NCBI RefSeq assembly: GCF_009914755.1
Contig: NC_060947.1
Origin: the human T2T-CHM13v2.0 reference genome, Homo sapiens
DNA length: 64,000 bases
Direction: 5' to 3' (one strand)
Part shown: positions 24,890 to 46,393 of the stretch, in pieces
How positions within the stretch are numbered: the first letter of the stretch is position 1
Layout of the letters: the number at the start of each line of letters is the position of its first letter
The notes under the pieces: model-generated
What the model was told of the DNA's origin: nothing
Database searches by the model: none
The model's input: only the letters and a program-made list of their open reading frames with translations
Program-made: the position numbers and the translations under genes

Positions 24890-25370
24890 TTTCTTTCTTT
24901 CTTTCTTTTTTTGCTTAACTGCCCTGTCGAGAACTTCCAGTACAATGTTGAATATAAGTGGGTCTTAGGAGGAAAGCTTTCAGTCTTTCACCATTAAGGG
25001 TGTTGTCAGCTGTGGATTTTTCATAGATACCTTTTATTAGGGTAAGGATGTTTCCTTCTATTTCTAAATTGCTGAGTGTTTTATCACGAAAGGGTGTTGG
25101 ATTTTGTTAAATGCTTTTTCTGTACCTATTGAGATGATTGTGTGGTTTATATCCTTTATTCTATTGATTCAGTCTATAACATTATGTGATTTTTCAGATG
25201 TTAACTTGACTTTGCATTCCTGGGATAAATACATCTTGGTCACGGCCTATAATTCTTTATATATGTTGCTGGATTCAGTTTGCTAGCATTTTGTTGAGAA
25301 TTTTTGCATCTGCATTTATATGAGATATTGGTCTATGATTTTTTCTTGTGATGTCTTGTTTACAATACAT
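24640..25370 (-). mobile_element. Old L1M ORF2 fragment
   Basis: GAACTTCCAGTACAATGTTGAATA, GGGTGTTGGATTTTGTTAAATGCTTTTTCTG. Confidence 0.75.
24775..24912. repeat. (TTTC)n microsatellite
   Basis: Directly visible tetranucleotide run. Confidence 0.95.
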
Positions 25371-25720
25371 TGAGTTTAAAAACATGCTGCTAAAACAACA
25401 TGTGTAATGTGATTCCATTTTTGTCAAGAAAGGAAAGTGTGTATGTGTGTGTGTGTCTGTGTGTCTGTGTGTGTGTTCGGCATGTGCATATTTTGGAACT
25501 TCAGTGCCAAAATTGATTAATCACCATTTGTGGTTTATGGCTGTAAAGACATGGTTCTATCAGAGAAGCAGAACCACTATAAGTGATGTAGAATAAAAGG
25601 TTTATTATAGGAATTAGACCTTGTGCAATTTGTACAAAAAATATATACAGCATCTTCTACCAGAGATAATGACCATTCAAAACTCGTGTTTAGCATTCCC
25701 TTAGTTAAAAAAAAATTATA

Positions 25721-25862
25721 GGCTAGGTGTGGTGGCTCAAACCTGTAATCCCAGCACTTTGGGAGGCTGAGGTGGGAAGATTGTTTGAGGCCAGGAGTTT
25801 GAGATCAGCTTGGGTAACATCGTGAGAGCTCATCTCTATAATTTTATTTTATAAAAAAATAA
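25721..25862 (+). mobile_element. Alu left monomer (FLAM-like)
   Basis: Single monomer followed by an A-rich tail. Confidence 0.8.
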
Positions 25863-25869
25863 AAATATG

Positions 25870-26810
25870 GTTTTATCTGTACATGTTCCCCAAAATTATA
25901 TTGTTTAGTTTTAGTTGTTTTTAACTTAATAAAAATGTTACACTATATACAATTTTTTTGGCACTTTTTTCACTTAATATATATTGCTAAGATTCATCCA
26001 TATTGTTGTGTGTGGCTTTAGCTAATTTAAAAATAGCTGTATAGTAATAATCCATTGAGTAAATGTAGCTATGATATATATTCCTGTTCCTGTCTATGGA
26101 CGTTTAGATCGTAGTTCCAGATTTTTGCTATTATGAATGGTGTTGCTATGAATATTCTTGTATATGTCTTCTGATACAAAGGTACATATGCACACAATCA
26201 TTGAGAAGTGGGATTGCTTGTCAAAGGCTATGTGAAATGTTAAGCTTTACAAAATGATGTTGAACTAATTTTCAAAGTGATGTACCAATTTGTATTCCTA
26301 TCAGAAATACAGAAGAGCTCTTGTTGAACTGCATCTTCTCCTACACTTGGTATTATCAGTTTTCTTAATTTTTGTCAATTTGAATGGATATAAAATAATA
26401 TCTAATGTTTTCTTGATTTGCATTTCCCTGATCAATAATAAAGTAGATATTGTTTTCAAATATCTATGTTGATGATATGTATTTTTTTCTGTGAAATGCC
26501 TGTTCACATCCTTTGCCTATTTTCATTGCAATGCTTATCTATTTCTTAATGATTTCTGGTTCTTTGCCTTAGATATTTTGTTGTTTGTATGTGTGGCAAA
26601 AATCTTTTCCCAGTCTGGAACTTCTCTTTTCATTTTTAGTATAGTGTCTTTTGAGGAACAAAATTTCTTGATTTATCAATCTTTTCTTAGTGCATTTTGA
26701 GTTTTGTTTAAGAAAGTCTTCCCTACCCCCAAAGTCAGAAAGCTATTTTCTACTAAAAGTTTTTAAGTTTTGTTTTTGATATTTAAGCATTTGATCCATC
26801 TAGAGTTAGT
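25870..26810 (-). mobile_element. Old L1ME-type 3' fragment
   Basis: Minus ORF MNRHFTEKN...LLIREMQIKKT resembles L1 ORF2 C-terminus; T-rich strand. Confidence 0.7.
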
Positions 26811-26878
26811 TGATTATTGTGTATAGATGGAGTAAAACATCTGGAAGCATATAGATACCCAACATCTCACAGTGGTGA

Positions 26879-27590
<712 letters not shown>

Positions 27591-27970
27591 TAAAAACATA
27601 GCACTTTCAATATAAGTGGACTGACATTGAAAAACAGCAGGTCTCACTCTCCTCCCCGTTCCCAAGCATCACTCTCCAGAGATAACAATGTTCAAACCAT
27701 AGCTGTTTCTGCAGATATCAACCCCATATGTTTAAAAGAATATTCCTGTGCTGTTTTAGATAGCATTTATTAAGATCCTACTATATAAAATGAGGAGTTA
27801 TCTCTCTCATGATGCTACTGCCCCATAATCCCTCTTCCTCTTGCATCAAATATAGTTCTATCCTGATCTTTGGTGAAATAAATATTCAGTGTTTAAATTA
27901 TTATGACTATGTAGATACTATTCACAGGTGAGCCACACAGTGAACTACAATGACCTTTTCTTTCATATTA

Positions 27971-28573
27971 CAGCAGGTCATTGAATAACATCCTTTCATT
28001 CAATGATGTTTCGTTGTAATGTTACAGAAAAATAATTGGTCCCTGGCTGAGGTCACAATCTGTGTGGGTTTGGCATGTTCTCCCCATGTCTTCGTGGATT
28101 TTCTCCAGGTACTCTAGTTATCTTTAACATCCCCAAATGTGCTTGTTAGGGTCATTGGCAATTCTAAATTGTCCCAGTCTGAGTGAGTGTGGGTGCGGGT
28201 GTGAGTGCCCCCTGCAAAGGGGTGGTGTCCTGTCCAGGGTCAGTTCCTACCTTGTGTCCTGTGCTGCCAGGATAGGCTCCAGCCATCCACAACCCTGAAC
28301 TGGAATAATTGAGTAAATAATTATTCCATTTGCTTTAATTAATTTTTCTTAAATACATGAATAGCTCACATTTATTTCAATGTTTAATATTAGAAGTGTT
28401 TTGAGTCTTTATTTAGAAGTTTGGTGATGTTTTTGTGACCAGAAATATGGCATAGGAACTTAACTCTTGTTTATATCAATTAGCCTGTGGGAAAATTGGT
28501 TTTGTTATATGTCATTTCACTTAAGGTCACAGTTACCAAGAACCTGTCAATGACATTAAGCGAAGACTTACTG
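27971..28573. mobile_element. MER6A (Tigger-derived, with V-SINE-like core)
   Basis: TA|CAGCAGGTCATTGAATAAC...; core GCATGTTCTCCCCATGTCTTCGTGGATTTTCTCCAGGTACTC; end GACATTAAGCGAAGACTTACTG. Confidence 0.8.
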
Positions 28574-28904
28574 CCCAATAAACTTTTTGGTTTTTCCTGG
28601 GGTCAATATTTGCTTCATTTAATTCATTTGCTTTTGCTTTCTCTGCACCTGTGATGAAGTTTTTCTTCTATACTTTCTAAGCAGAGATGTAAAATTTTTT
28701 CCAATATAGCCAAGCACATTAAGTTAGGTTGCTTATTTTTTACTCTTGGAGGATGCCTTCCTTTAACAACTTCTCCATTTTCCTGCTTCAGTTTACACTT
28801 GTCATCCTGGGCATTTCCTTCTCCCTCTTTCTTTCCTATTTTCCTAGATCCCATGTTATGTTCTTTATGTCTTAATTTTTTTTAACTTTGGAAAGGAGAA
28901 CTTT

Positions 28905-29287
28905 ATTTCTTTTTCTTATTTATTTATTTAATTATACTTTAAGTTCTAGGGTACATGTGCACAACGTGCAGGTTTGTTACATAGGTATACATGTGCCATG
29001 TTGGTTTGCTGCACCCATCAACTCGTCATTTACATTAGATATTTCTCCTAATGCTATCCCTTCCCCAGTCCCCCAGCCCCTGACAGGCCCCAGTGTGTGA
29101 TGTTCCCCACCTTGTGTCCATGTGTTCTCATTGTTCAATTCCCACCTATGAGTGAGAACATGCGATGTTTGGTTTTCTGTCCTTGTGATAGTTTGCTGAG
29201 AATGATGGTTTCCAGCTTCATCCATGTCCCTACAAAGGACATGAACTCATCCTTTTTTATGGCTGCATAGTATTCCATGGTGTATAT
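28905..29287 (-). mobile_element. L1PA 3' end (5'-truncated)
   Basis: TTATACTTTAAGTTCTAGGGTACATGTGCACAACGTGCAGG. Confidence 0.95.
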
Positions 29288-29453
29288 ATCTTAATTCCTT
29301 ATTTTGGTGGAGGACATCTTCCAGTAGCTTCTGGACAAAGGGTGCATGAGAGTTACATATTTCAAGGGATTGTATATGTTTGCATCAGGGCATTGTATAT
29401 GCTTTATTATTCCTTTGCATGTGATTGACACATTGCTGGATATAGAATTCTAA

Positions 29454-29768
<315 letters not shown>

Positions 29769-31273
29769 AACTTTCTTTCAAAAATTTTAAGATATGCTTC
29801 TATTGTCTTCTAGTCTCCATTGTTGCAGTTGCTAAGTCTAATACCATCCTATCAATCTTTTGACTTACTTTTTCTTTTCCTTTCTTGAAGCCTCTAGGAT
29901 CTCATTATCATAGTTTTCTGAACTTTCATGATGCAGCATCTTCCTGTGGGTCTTTTCTCACTTGTTTTGATGTGCACTGCACTTGGTGAGCCTCTTTCAA
30001 TCTCATATCCTTCATGAAGTCTCATATCTTTCAGTTTTGAGAAATTTCATTAAATTGTTTAAAAAATTATCTCCTCTATTTAGTCTGTATTTTTGTTCCT
30101 TAGAACTCCTATTAATTGAATTTTGAACTTCTTAGATTGATACTCTAGTTTAAAAAATATTTTCTTTCCCATTTTCATTTTCTCTGCCTCCGTTTCTGGG
30201 AGATTTTCTCAACTTTATTTTCAATCTTTTTCTTGAAGTATAAATTTCAGTGATCATTATTTTAGAAATTACCAATAACTCTTTCTTTTCCTCTCTTTTT
30301 CCATAACTTCTTCTTTAATTGCCATAATATCTTGCCATATCTCTCTGAGACTATTAATGTGTGCATGAGGTATGGTTTTTCTGCTTTCACTGGAATCTGT
30401 GGGGGTGTATCTGGTGAGACAGACTAGAGGAAGCTTGTCAACTGGTAGTCCTAGCATTCAGAGTTCTGGGAACTGGACGAGGGGGAGTTTTACCAATTAG
30501 TGGGTAGATTTGCTTAATCCCTCTGCACAGTGCCTGGCGTACCCCCTTTTGGCAGAGAATAAATCTCCTTTCTCCTTACTGGAGGTGTAATACCTGACCG
30601 GCTGTGATAGATATGGGGAACTGTTCCTTAAAAGACTTTTAATTGACTCTTTTGTTTTCAGCCCCATCTTTTACTTTGCCTTCCTTCATGCCTGGCATCT
30701 CCAGTTCTGAAGGCTTTCTGGGTTCTGTGGAAATGAACTTGTTTCTCACCTCTGATGACTTCCTCTGGCTAGCTAAGTTAGCTACCATTCCTCTCTCCAC
30801 TTTCCAACCTCCAAAAATAGACAGTACCATTGGGGCTTTTTTCTTTTATTCTTTTGCCACTGTGAGCTTATAATATTTAAAAAAATCTCTGCATAGTCAA
30901 TTTGAGTGAGATTTCTGGAGGAAACAATAACAAACTCATCTGCTCAATCTGCTATGCTTATCCAGAATTATTAACTAATTCTTTTTATTTTCCTTAGGAC
31001 CTCTATTACAAAGAATTGGATTAGTTATAACCCTTGATATATAATGTGTTATCACCACTGGTTTTTGCATGCCCTTTATTTGTTCACTTTAATTACTCAA
31101 TTGCTATAAGGAACACCTATAATCCTTATATCCAACTTGAAGACTAAGGCATTACCTGTATCTGACATCTGAATTTGTGCTTATACTCCATCCTTCTCTC
31201 TCCCACAATTCCAAGACAACCACTTTCTTTCATGTTTATATTTATAAATCAAATGATTTAAACTCTAGATATA

Positions 31274-31739
<466 letters not shown>

Positions 31740-32492
31740 TTATGTATATAATTTTATTATATAAGTATATATATTGCTGTGCAATAGGTTATAATTTTTA
31801 CTTCTTTTTGAACTTTATAGAAAGAGGGTCTTACTATATATACAGTCTTCATGGGCATGCTTTTTTTCACTTAACATGTTACAAAGATTTTTTTCACGTT
31901 ATAGGTTGAGATTGTAGTACACTCATTTCACTGCTGAACATCTACCGCAATTTGTTTTTCCATTCTCTGGTTGATTGTGACTTAGGTTGTTCTTGTTTCT
32001 GCCATTGCAAACAGTGCTGCTGTGAACATTCCCATACATGTCTCCTATTGTGCCTAGAGATACAATTGCTGCATTAGAGGGCATACAAACATTCAACTTC
32101 ACAATATTATGCCAAACTGTTTTGTTTTGGCTAAGTGGTAGTACTTATTTTCACTTCTATCAGGGAAGTATGAGATTCTGTTGTCACTCATCCTCTCCAA
32201 CACTTGTCAGACTTCTTAATTTTTTGCCAGTTGAATGGGTGTAAATGGCATCTCACTGTAGTTTTAATTTTTCATTTCCCTGACTGCTAATGAGGTTGAG
32301 CATCTGCTCATATGGGTGTTGGCAATATGCACTAGCTCTTCTATAAACTGTCTGTTCGTGTCTTCTGCCTATTTTCCTGTTGAGTTGTTTGTTTTCTTCT
32401 TATTATTGATTTGTAGTTTTTTATATACTAATCCTTTGTCAATCATATGCATTGCCAAATATCTTCTCCTATTTTGTGGCTTGTCTTTTCAT

Positions 32493-32804
32493 TTTCTTTT
32501 TCTTTCTCTCTCTTCTTTTTTTTGAGATAGAGTTTCGCTCTTGTTGCCCAGGCTGTAGTGCAGTGGTGCAATCTTGGCTCACTGCAACCACCCCCGCCTG
32601 GGTTCAAGTGATTCCTATGCCTCAACCTCCCGAGTAGCTGGGATTACAGGTGCATGCCACCGTGCCCCGCTAATTTTGTATTTTTAGTAGAGACAGGGTT
32701 TCACCATGTTAACCAGGCTGGTCTCAAACTCCTGACCTCAAGTGGTCCACTCACCTGGCCTCCCAAAATGCTGGGATTACAGGTGTGAGCCACCATGCCT
32801 GGCC
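32493..32804 (-). mobile_element. AluS-type within an old L1ME
   Basis: Reverse Alu; TCTTTTCATTTTCTTT on both flanks. Confidence 0.9.
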
Positions 32805-32911
32805 TATCTTTTCATTTTCTTTAAGTTGATTTTTGATGAATAAAATTCTGCTTTTTTATGTTGTAAACTTTTCTTTTATAGTCAGCACTTTCGTAACTAA
32901 GTTAAGAAATC

Positions 32912-33190
32912 TGTGCTGATCATTTGCCTGTTTGCTCTCAGATTCACTCTCTGTCCTCCTTCTGCTTTACTCTGAATCACTAGGGGCTGGCATCCTTTAG
33001 TTTAGATGCTCATGGCCTGCCAGTTAGGTTTGGCCAATGGGATGAACTGGCATGATATCAAAGAGCAAGAGGAGGGAAAAACCAGGATATTTTCTCCCCT
33101 TCTCTCTGCTTCTAATAGCATCTCTGGCAGTGGCCATATATCTTCCATAGTTCCAGCTCCTTCTAGGCCACCATGTTTCTGCTCCTGCTG
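32912..33190 (+). mobile_element. LTR33-like ERVL LTR fragment
   Basis: TGTGCTGATCATTTGCC...CCAGTTAGGTTTGGCCAATGGG. Confidence 0.6.
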
Positions 33191-33271
33191 AGTGGTATCT
33201 TGATGCATATCAAATACTTTCCCACTCCAAGAGAAAAATATATTCATCTGCAGTTCAATCTAAAAGTTTAA

Positions 33272-33752
<481 letters not shown>

Positions 33753-34014
33753 TTTGGTATTCAAATTTTAAATCCATATGAAGTTAATTGTGTACAATGT
33801 AAGGTAGTGCTCAAATTTAATCTTTTCTTGTGGATAATCTTTTTGTTTTCAGCTCCAGTAATTGAATAATTCTTTTTCTCCTACTGCTCTATCATGCATC
33901 CTCTCTCATATGGCAAATACCCATAAACTTTGTGTCTAAATCAGTTACTGGTCTCTTTTTTTCTGTTCCATTGGATTATTTACATCTATTTGTCCATGCA
34001 CTAATTCCATTCGA

Positions 34015-36070
<2,056 letters not shown>

Positions 36071-36111
36071 AGACTCAATACCTTATAGAGAATGTCTTCC
36101 CATCTTATCCT

Positions 36112-36391
36112 TTTTTTTTTTTTTTTTTAGACAGGGTCTTGTTCTGTCACCCAGGCTGGAGTGCAGTGGCATTATCACTGGTCACTGCAGCCTTGACTTC
36201 TTCCCACATCAGCATCCCTAGTAGCTGGGACCATAGGCACATGCCACCATGCCTGGCTAATTTTTTGTATTTTTTGTAGCAACAAGGTCTTGCCATGTTG
36301 CCCTGGCTGATAAACTCCTGGGCTAAATTGATCCTCCCACCTTGGCCTCCCAAAGTGTTAGAATTGCAAGTGTGAACTACTGTGCCCAGCT
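36112..36391 (-). mobile_element. AluJ-type
   Basis: Reverse Alu; TCTTAT(C/T)CTTTTT flanks. Confidence 0.85.
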
Positions 36392-36399
36392 CTTATTCT

Positions 36400-39265
<2,866 letters not shown>

Positions 39266-39964
39266 TGATTTTTTAATTTTCTTTTACTTTGCAGGATCCT
39301 GAATTTCCCCCTCTTGTTTTTCCCTCTGATCCATGCAAGTTCTGAGGGTGTCCCTCCCTTCCTTCTTTGAAACCCTTCAGACTGTCTAAGTCTCGTGTGT
39401 TCTTATTTATTTATTTAGTATTAGATATTATAAGTAACTGTGTGTTCTCTAAAATCACTTTCCATAATCAGTAGTGTTCTGACCCCCTAGGATACACATA
39501 ATAGATCCATCCAGCATCCCATCAACTGGAGCATTGTATAATAACTCAGGAAGTTCCAAGATTTCAACCTCATTATGTACAGGCCATTAGGTAAGTCAAG
39601 AGTTTGATTAGTCAATCTTGTAAACTCTTAACACTAGTCCTAGGAACTTGAGCCAACATATTAAACATTGCAAACTAGATGAATACATTCATGGCAATGA
39701 ATTTAGTCTTTGCTGGGGTCTTGTAACTCTTTTGGAATATGAGCTATATCCTCCCTGAACAGGAATTGTACCTCTCCCTCTGGGCTATATTGGAATTCAA
39801 CTCTTGTTATGGGCCTGGAGGCAGTGAGAGGTGGTTAGGAGAGACCTCAGTTTGTGAGTTTACTGCCCGATATGTGATCTTGAAAGGCTTTAATGCTGGG
39901 ACAGAAGAGAGGGGTTGCCTCTCCGTGACCTCTCAAAAGTCTCCTTTCCATTTTTCTTCTTTTT

Positions 39965-40455
39965 ATTTGTACAGCAATGTTCTAAGTATCCTTATTCACA
40001 ATAACCAAATAGTAGAAAAACCCCAGTGTCTGTTGATGAATGAACAAAATGTAATATATTATGTACAATGGAATATTTTTCAGCCTTAAAAAGGAATGGA
40101 AATTTGACACATACTACGATGTGGATGAACCTTGACAACATTGTGATAAATGAAATATGCCAAATACAATAGGGCAAATATTATGCGATTACACCTATAT
40201 GAGGCACCTAGAATAGTTAAATTCACAGAGGTACAAAGTAGAATGATGGTTGGCAGGGACTAAGAGGAGGGAGAGATGGAAAGTTATTGTTTAATGAATA
40301 CAGAGTTTTCAGTTTGGGATGATGAAAAAGCTATGGAGATGAATTATGGTGATGATTGCACAACAATTTGAATGTACTATGCCACTGAATTAAACATTTA
40401 AAAATGGTTAAAGGCATGAATTTCAGGTTACGTATATTTTACCACAATAAAAATG
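39965..40455 (+). mobile_element. L1MB-type 3' end
   Basis: GGAATATTTTTCAGCCTTAAAAAGGAA...GTTTAATGAATACAGAGTTTTCAGTTTGGGATGATGAAAAAG...TTTTACCACAATAAAAA. Confidence 0.85.
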
Positions 40456-40464
40456 ACTTTGACA

Positions 40465-40777
<313 letters not shown>

Positions 40778-40879
40778 TTATTATGGAATCATTTTTGTTT
40801 GGGTACCCTCACCCCTTACAAAATATCTATACTTCTAATGTGGCTTCTCAATGTCCTTTAAAATGTTCATTTTAAATAA

Positions 40880-41330
40880 AGCACCATAGAATAGTCTCTT
40901 TGCCTATCAATCGGAGGAGAAAGGCAATGAATCAAAAGATATTGTTTTGAAAAATGAACATACATGCAATGCACCTGCTCTATGGGCTGTACTATACTAA
41001 ATAAGTATATTTAATAGAGAAAATAAAATATTTAACAATAAACACCGTGCTTCTGGATATGAGAGCTGGTGAGGTGTGATGGAGGTTTTGGAATGAAAGG
41101 ACTGCATAACCGAATACAGTGCGGTAGATGTAAAACGCCAGGAGGCGTTCATGTTGAGTCTGATATGAAGTGGCCAATAAGGCAATGTCTTAGCCACCCG
41201 CACATGCAAACTGCGAGATCAAAGACTAATATGATCAAATGGGATTACTCCAGTGACACGAATGTATGCTGATATTGTGAACTGCAGATTATGGAGCATC
41301 TACTCCTTTTCCGACTCCTTGGGGTGTAGG
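40880..41330 (+). mobile_element. RTE-X (L4-like) LINE fossil, ORF C-terminus
   Basis: Frame reads KWPIRQCLSHPHMQTARSKTNMIKWDYSSDTNVC*YCELQIMEHLLL, matching the W..LNRLRT..GR.K.N..KWG..C.C..QTMEHLL motif; HLLYG upstream. Confidence 0.7.
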
Positions 41331-41339
41331 ATATGCACA

Positions 41340-41940
41340 AGGTCCATTCCATTTTTCAGAGTCCCAGCTCTTCCTATTGGTGCCCTTATCTTAACCTAAG
41401 AGACTCAAGGGCTGAACATTTAATTGGTGCTGCAATTCTGCAACCATTGCAATGAGACGTTGAGCTTGGCCTACAGTCACATCTGCCCTTGCTTGAGGAG
41501 GTAGGAAATGCTCTAAGATGCCGTGGAAGCCTTCTGCTGCTCTACATGTGTTCTTTTTTCCCCCACATACCATCATTCCCAATCTAGTTGTGTTCTCAAC
41601 TGCATGTTCATAGTTTTAAAGTCTTTTTTCCCCTATGATTTCTAGAGCCTTAATATGGATCTAAGTGCTACTGCAATCTTTACAATCACTGTTGTTACTA
41701 TGTCAACCGAGTGCCATAGTCACTTTATCTCCTATCACATTGCCCTCCACTTGTACTTCATCCCAGTTTTGGGATGGTGATCATGTGAGTAATCATGATA
41801 TTACTGAATGCCATGGATTACCATGGACTGTATCATCTTGGAAGAAGACTATTCCCTGTACTGCCCCAAAACATGTTAAAGCTAAACCCAGAATCCCATT
41901 AGGAGAATTTGTTTCCTGGGGCTATTTCTGATACCAATGA
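41340..41940 (-). mobile_element. ERVL-class internal fragment (PBS, leader, gag)
   Basis: Minus strand VAELQHQLNVQP and VKIRAPIG..WDSEKWNG match ERVL gag; PBS-like TGGTATCAGA at 41927-41936. Confidence 0.75.
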
Positions 41941-41941
41941 T

Positions 41942-42400
41942 TGTACTAGACAGGTCTCAATAGGAAACATATGGGACAAGAGAGAAAGAGGATAATTTAA
42001 AAAGTGCAAAAACCTGGGACTTAGTAACAGCTGACTTGTTACCACTCCTAGGCCTGAAGGGATTAGTAGAGGGAGTGTGTCCCAGGACCCAGTTGTATAC
42101 AGAGTTTATAAAGTCACTTGTGTTGAGAGGGGTAGTGACTTTCATTCAGCCAAGGGACAAGTCAGCTCAGGGGTGACCTTGCAAGAACGGAGTCAGGGGA
42201 ACAAATACCGTGACCTGATTCTCTGTCCTTCCTCCAATTCGCTGCTGGGGTATCTAATTGGCTAAACCCAATTGGGAAATAGAGGTCAAGGGAGCAACAC
42301 TGATGAAGTTCATGCAAGTCAGCCTTTTGAGGTGGTCAGCAGGTTACAGAAGGGTGAAGGGTGGATCTGGGAGGGAATGTATGGACAGTAAACCATAGAT
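41942..42400 (-). mobile_element. LTR33-like ERVL LTR (5' LTR of the adjacent fragment)
   Basis: Minus-strand end ...TAGTACA next to the PBS; ATTGGCTAAACCCAA...GAGGTCAAGGGAGC motif. Confidence 0.6.
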
Positions 42401-43846
42401 ACCCAGCTCAGGTACTTTTTGGGTTCTTTAACATCTGAAAATGGCTACACCTTTCATTCACAAAACTGGTTTGAGTGGATATAGAATTTAGCATGCAATA
42501 ATTTCCCCTTAGAAATATACAAACATTGCTTCATTGTTTTCTGGCATTTAATACTATAAATGAAAAGTCTGACTCTGATCTGATTATCTTTCCCTGTGGA
42601 TAATTTTTATTTTCTTTTGGAAGCAAGTAGGACTTTCTCTTCATCGTTGGGATTCACTAATTTCCCCAAGATAGTTAACATGTGAGGTTATATTTTGTTT
42701 TTCCCGCTCAGCACTCAGTGGGCTCTTTCAACATGGAGACTCAAATCTTTAACTCTTTTCTCCCAATTCTAATTTCCTTGTCATTTTGCTCAGCTCTCTG
42801 TATCACTCCTTTTAATTAATAAATTTAGTCTCAGCACCATCCAATTTGCTAGTCAGTATCTCATTTGTACTTTTTTTGGGTCAATCCTGTTGGATATTTC
42901 TAAGGAGTTTCTTGTTTTCTAATATTGTTTTATTTTTCACAGTGGACTGCAGGAGAATATCTGCATATTCTCTCAAATCCTCCTCAGATCTCATATCTCT
43001 CAAATCTAATTCCCCAATTAGATTTTAGAAAGTTCTTTCCTGTTTGCTAGATTGACTCTGTTTCACTGGTTTGAACTCATTTCTCAGATTGATTTTCTGG
43101 GTTTTTTGTTTGTTTTCGTTTTTTGCTTCTGATTCTCCCTATATATTTGGTGACTGTCTGTTGTTTGTTTCTTTGTTTTTGGTGTGACAGCTTGTGTTGT
43201 GTTTGATTGGCTCTCCCACTCCAGCCCAAGCTTAGATGACAAAGAACCACCTTCCTTAAATTTTTTTTTATTAAGAGTTGGCTTTAACAAGAAAAAAAAA
43301 ACACTATTAGCTACCATGATTTCTATTCCACTCCACAGTGATCTTCAGTGGGGGAAAAATTAAGTAGAGTTGGGTTTCTTGTCTGTTCTGAAACACTTTT
43401 TAGATTGTGTCCCTCTAAACCAGAGAAAATTATTGAGACCAGTTGGGTCATGAATAAAAAAGAAATAATAAAAACAAAAGATTGTGCATTGGATTCAAGA
43501 AGTTAGAGAGAAACAATAATATCAATAACAATGAAAACCCCGAAGAAGATAAAGAGAAGCAATTATTAAAGACAAAATAATAAATCACTGAAGTAGAAGA
43601 CAATTGAAAAATAAATTTCAGTTAACAGGGTAGTTCTTATGGTAAAATAAAAAGTAAAAAAAAGACAAGAAAAATTAAGATATATATGAAAAAAGAAAAA
43701 TAAATTGAGGAGCTGGGTCTTTGAAAAGATAAAATTGGCTAAACTTGGGTAAATAATATTGGGAAAAAAGAATCATACAAGTACACATGACTCAATGCCA
43801 AATGATATCTCTAGTCCAGATACAGATGTTTAAAAAAAATTATGCA

Positions 43847-44139
<293 letters not shown>

Positions 44140-45108
44140 TACATATATATATGTGTGTATATATATATGTATATATATGTATATATGTATATATATGTAT
44201 ATATGTATATATATGTATATATGTATATATATGTATATATGTGTATATATGTATATATGTATATATGTATATGTGTATATATGTATATATGTATATATGT
44301 ATATATGTATATATGTATATATGTGTATATATGTATATATGTATATATGTGTATATGTGTATATATGTATATGTGTATATATGTATATATGTATATGTGT
44401 ATATATGTGTATATGTGTATATGTGTATATATGTATATATGTGTATATATGTATATATGTATATATGTATATATGTATATGTGTATATATGTATATATGT
44501 ATATGAGTATATATGTATATATGTATATATGTGTATATATGTATATATGTGTATATATGTGTATATATGTATATACATGTATGTATATGTGTATATATGT
44601 ATATACATGTATGTATATGTGTGTATATATGTATATACATGTATGTATATGTGTGTATATATGTATACACATGTATGCATATGTGTATATGTGTATATGT
44701 GTATATATGTATATATGTGTATATATGTGTATATATGTATATATGTGTATATATGTGTATATGTGTATATATGTGTATACATGTATGTATATGTGTGTAT
44801 ATATGTATATACATGTATGTATATGTGTGTATATATGTATATACATGTATGTATATGTGTATATATGTATATATGTGTATATATGTATATATGTGTATAT
44901 ATGTGTATATATGTGTATATGTATATATATGTGTATATATGTGTATATATGTGTATATGTGTATATATGTGTATATGTATATATATGTGTATATATGTAT
45001 ATACAGTGTATATATGTATATATGTATATATGTGTATATATGTGTATATATGTATATATGTATATATGTGTATATATATGTGTGTATATATATGTGTATA
45101 TATATATA
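44140..45108. repeat. ~970-bp (TATATG/TATGTG)n alternating purine-pyrimidine repeat
   Basis: Directly visible; sub-units such as ATATACATGTATGTATATGTGT recur at ~44570-44860. Confidence 0.97.
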
Positions 45109-45315
45109 AAATATTTTGTAAATTCTATGCTAAATTTAGAAACTCTGGGATATCATGCATGGTTTCATAGGAAAACATAAATGATCAAAGCTGACACAAT
45201 GATAAATAGGGAGTTCCATGGATGAATAATATTAAAAGAAATCAAAAGCATTAAAGCATAGTGTTTTCCAAATAATCGTCCTTGGACTACCTGTGTCAGA
45301 ATCTCATGGATTGCT

Positions 45316-45676
<361 letters not shown>

Positions 45677-45743
45677 ACTATTGAGTGCTCCTAAAATGAA
45701 GATTCCTGAAGTTTTAGTGTTTAATGGCACTATAGGGTGACTA

Positions 45744-46393
<650 letters not shown>

